Shown one piece after another: positions 28,604 through 29,953 of a stretch of 29,953 nucleotides of DNA; position 1 is the stretch's first letter; each line of letters starts with the position of its first letter. The DNA lies in the IMG/VR virus record IMGVR_UViG_3300006105_000081, positions 1 through 29,953 of that record; one strand, written 5' to 3'. The notes under the pieces are model-generated. The model was not told where the DNA came from. It searched no databases and saw nothing but the letters and a program-made list of their open reading frames with translations. Made by a program: the position numbers and the translations under genes. Source of the DNA: a virus. Taxonomy: Duplodnaviria > Caudoviricetes.

Positions 28604-28909
28604 TTATATACCTAACCAAATTTTCAAATTATCTAATTGTGGTATAAAGATTGATGTACCTACAGTAAAATCAAACAAGGGATCTTTAATTCTATTAGGA
28701 TTGCGTTGTGCAAATACCCACCATAATCTGCTATCATTGTATAAGTCATACGCTAATAAATCAGGACGCATATGATATGTTACTGTGATTTCCCAGTATA
28801 TATCATTAGGATCACTAGGTATACTGCGATTTTCCATAACATCTAAAAATAAATTTTTATAAACACTAGTCAAATAATAAGGACTTGTTTGTGTATAAGT
28901 TGTAGTCAT
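28604..28909 (-). CDS. Baseplate wedge protein, T4 gp53-like (LysM-like fold)
   Basis: The motif RPDLLAYDLY.DSRLWWVFA..N.....P..DF..G..I.IP is present in 101 aa, with a TAATG overlap with the upstream gene. Confidence 0.88.
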   Translation of the reverse strand: MTTTYTQTSPYYLTSVYKNLFLDVMENRSIPSDPNDIYWEITVTYHMRPDLLAYDLYNDSRLWWVFAQRNPNRIKDPLFDFTVGTSIFIPQLDNLKIWLGI

Positions 28910-29953
28910 TACCAGAATCCTTTAGCTTGTAGATTACCAGATGCATAGTCTGAAAGACTAAAGTTAGTACTAATATCTTTACGACTAACAACTGGTAATG
29001 CAGTAATTGTCATTTGCATTTTTGTTGGTACATAAGTTACCTGTTGCTTTTTGTTTGATAAAAATACAGGTGCATTTGTAGTTCCACCTGCATTAAGATT
29101 TGCACTAGCTAGTCTTAATGTTTGAAGCACTGATTGAGTTAGTGATTGTTTAGTACCACCTGCTTGTGTTGGTATTGTGTATCCTCTCCAAGCTGCTCCT
29201 ATTTCGGTTCTAACATAATCAACATCATTGGGTAGATTATAAGTAAAACCAGTTATTACCAATGGATGATTATTAAATTGATATTGACCTAACCCAGATA
29301 AAAAACACAAAGGAGGAGGTGTACCTGCTCTAGGACTTGTATCTTGTCCATAAAACATTTTAGAAACACTTCTAAAGAAATGTATTACTGACAACATATA
29401 CCTTGCCTCAACAGTATCTTGTGCAGTAAAATCTGCTGTTATGGTGATGTCATCTACTGAACTATTTTTGTAGAAATGCATCTTATAATTAGTATGTGTT
29501 AACTCTTGTGAATCATATGATGCTTTATACCCAACTTGAATTGACGGCATATATGGAAAAATTACTCCATTTGTTAAGTTCAATGGATGCAATATGTCAC
29601 TAGAATCAGTTGCAGTTTTATATAAGTATTTTGCACCTTGTGCCAATTGTAATTTTATACGCCAATCATTATCAGGATTAGTTGCACTAGCAGATGGTGC
29701 ACCTATATCTGCTGCAGGACCAGTGCCAGTGCCTGCCGGTGCAGCCGCTACACCGGTACCTAGTGGAGCTTCACCTCCGTTTGTTCCGGCTGGTGTATTT
29801 GTAGATGTTGTATTACTTCCATTTCCATCTGCATTGTTTGTTCCTGTACCAACAGTAGCTGGTACTGCGGTACCTAAGGGAGCTTCACCTCCACTAGTAC
29901 CATTAACATTAACAGACGGGTCTGAACCACTAGCAACTGATGCAGGTGCGGTA
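28909..29953 (-). CDS. Baseplate-tail tube junction/initiator protein (gp48/gp54-like), 5'-truncated by window
   Basis: Motifs include GVIFPY.P.I, Y......HTNY, ITITADFT.Q, IHFFRSV.KM.YG, G.PPP...L.G.G.YQF...P.VIT.F...LP.DVDY and VPT. The frame stays open from the TTG at 29646 to the window end (...NPDNDWRIKLQLAQG...), so the true start lies outside the window. Confidence 0.75.
   Translation of the reverse strand, partial: TAPASVASGSDPSVNVNGTSGGEAPLGTAVPATVGTGTNNADGNGSNTTSTNTPAGTNGGEAPLGTGVAAAPAGTGTGPAADIGAPSASATNPDNDWRIKLQLAQGAKYLYKTATDSSDILHPLNLTNGVIFPYMPSIQVGYKASYDSQELTHTNYKMHFYKNSSVDDITITADFTAQDTVEARYMLSVIHFFRSVSKMFYGQDTSPRAGTPPPLCFLSGLGQYQFNNHPLVITGFTYNLPNDVDYVRTEIGAAWRGYTIPTQAGGTKQSLTQSVLQTLRLASANLNAGGTTNAPVFLSNKKQQVTYVPTKMQMTITALPVVSRKDISTNFSLSDYASGNLQAKGFW
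29755..29901 (-). repeat. Imperfect 33-bp direct repeat (29755-29787 and 29869-29901) encoding GT(S/N)GGEAPLGT
   Basis: The copies read ggtacctagtggagcttcacctccgtttgttcc and ggtacctaagggagcttcacctccactagtacc, with a 114-nt in-frame period. Confidence 0.85.

Noticed and set aside
18869-29953. Bacterial T6SS, eCIS or tailocin locus instead of a phage
   Set aside because: No Tss membrane-complex genes, AAA ATPase or host genes are in view. The T4-like gp53/gp5/gp25/gp6 order, late-promoter motif and gene sizes fit a large lytic myophage, although capsid genes are outside the window.

Overview
AT-rich, fully coding window from a large (probably jumbo) contractile-tailed myovirus-type phage genome. 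All credible genes are on the minus strand, head-to-tail, and form a T4-like baseplate/tail module. In transcription order (right to left): a gp48/gp54-like protein (5'-truncated by the window edge), a gp53-like LysM wedge protein, a gp27-like hub, a gp5/VgrG-like spike, gp25, gp6, a 5590-aa giant wedge/adhesin protein, a small ORF missed by the ORF track, a 206-aa baseplate-associated protein, a 414-aa fibre-like protein with a C-terminal autocleaving chaperone-like domain, and the start of a further gene at the left edge. A GATAAATA late-promoter-like octamer occurs in three intergenic gaps. The most striking features are the repeated nested ('Russian doll') domain-in-domain architecture of the giant protein, an apparently degenerate lysozyme-like domain in the spike, and a probably leaderless mini-gene that resembles the N-terminus of its downstream neighbour. 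I saw no RNA genes, CRISPR arrays or mobile elements. All family assignments come from motif recognition by eye, not from database searches.
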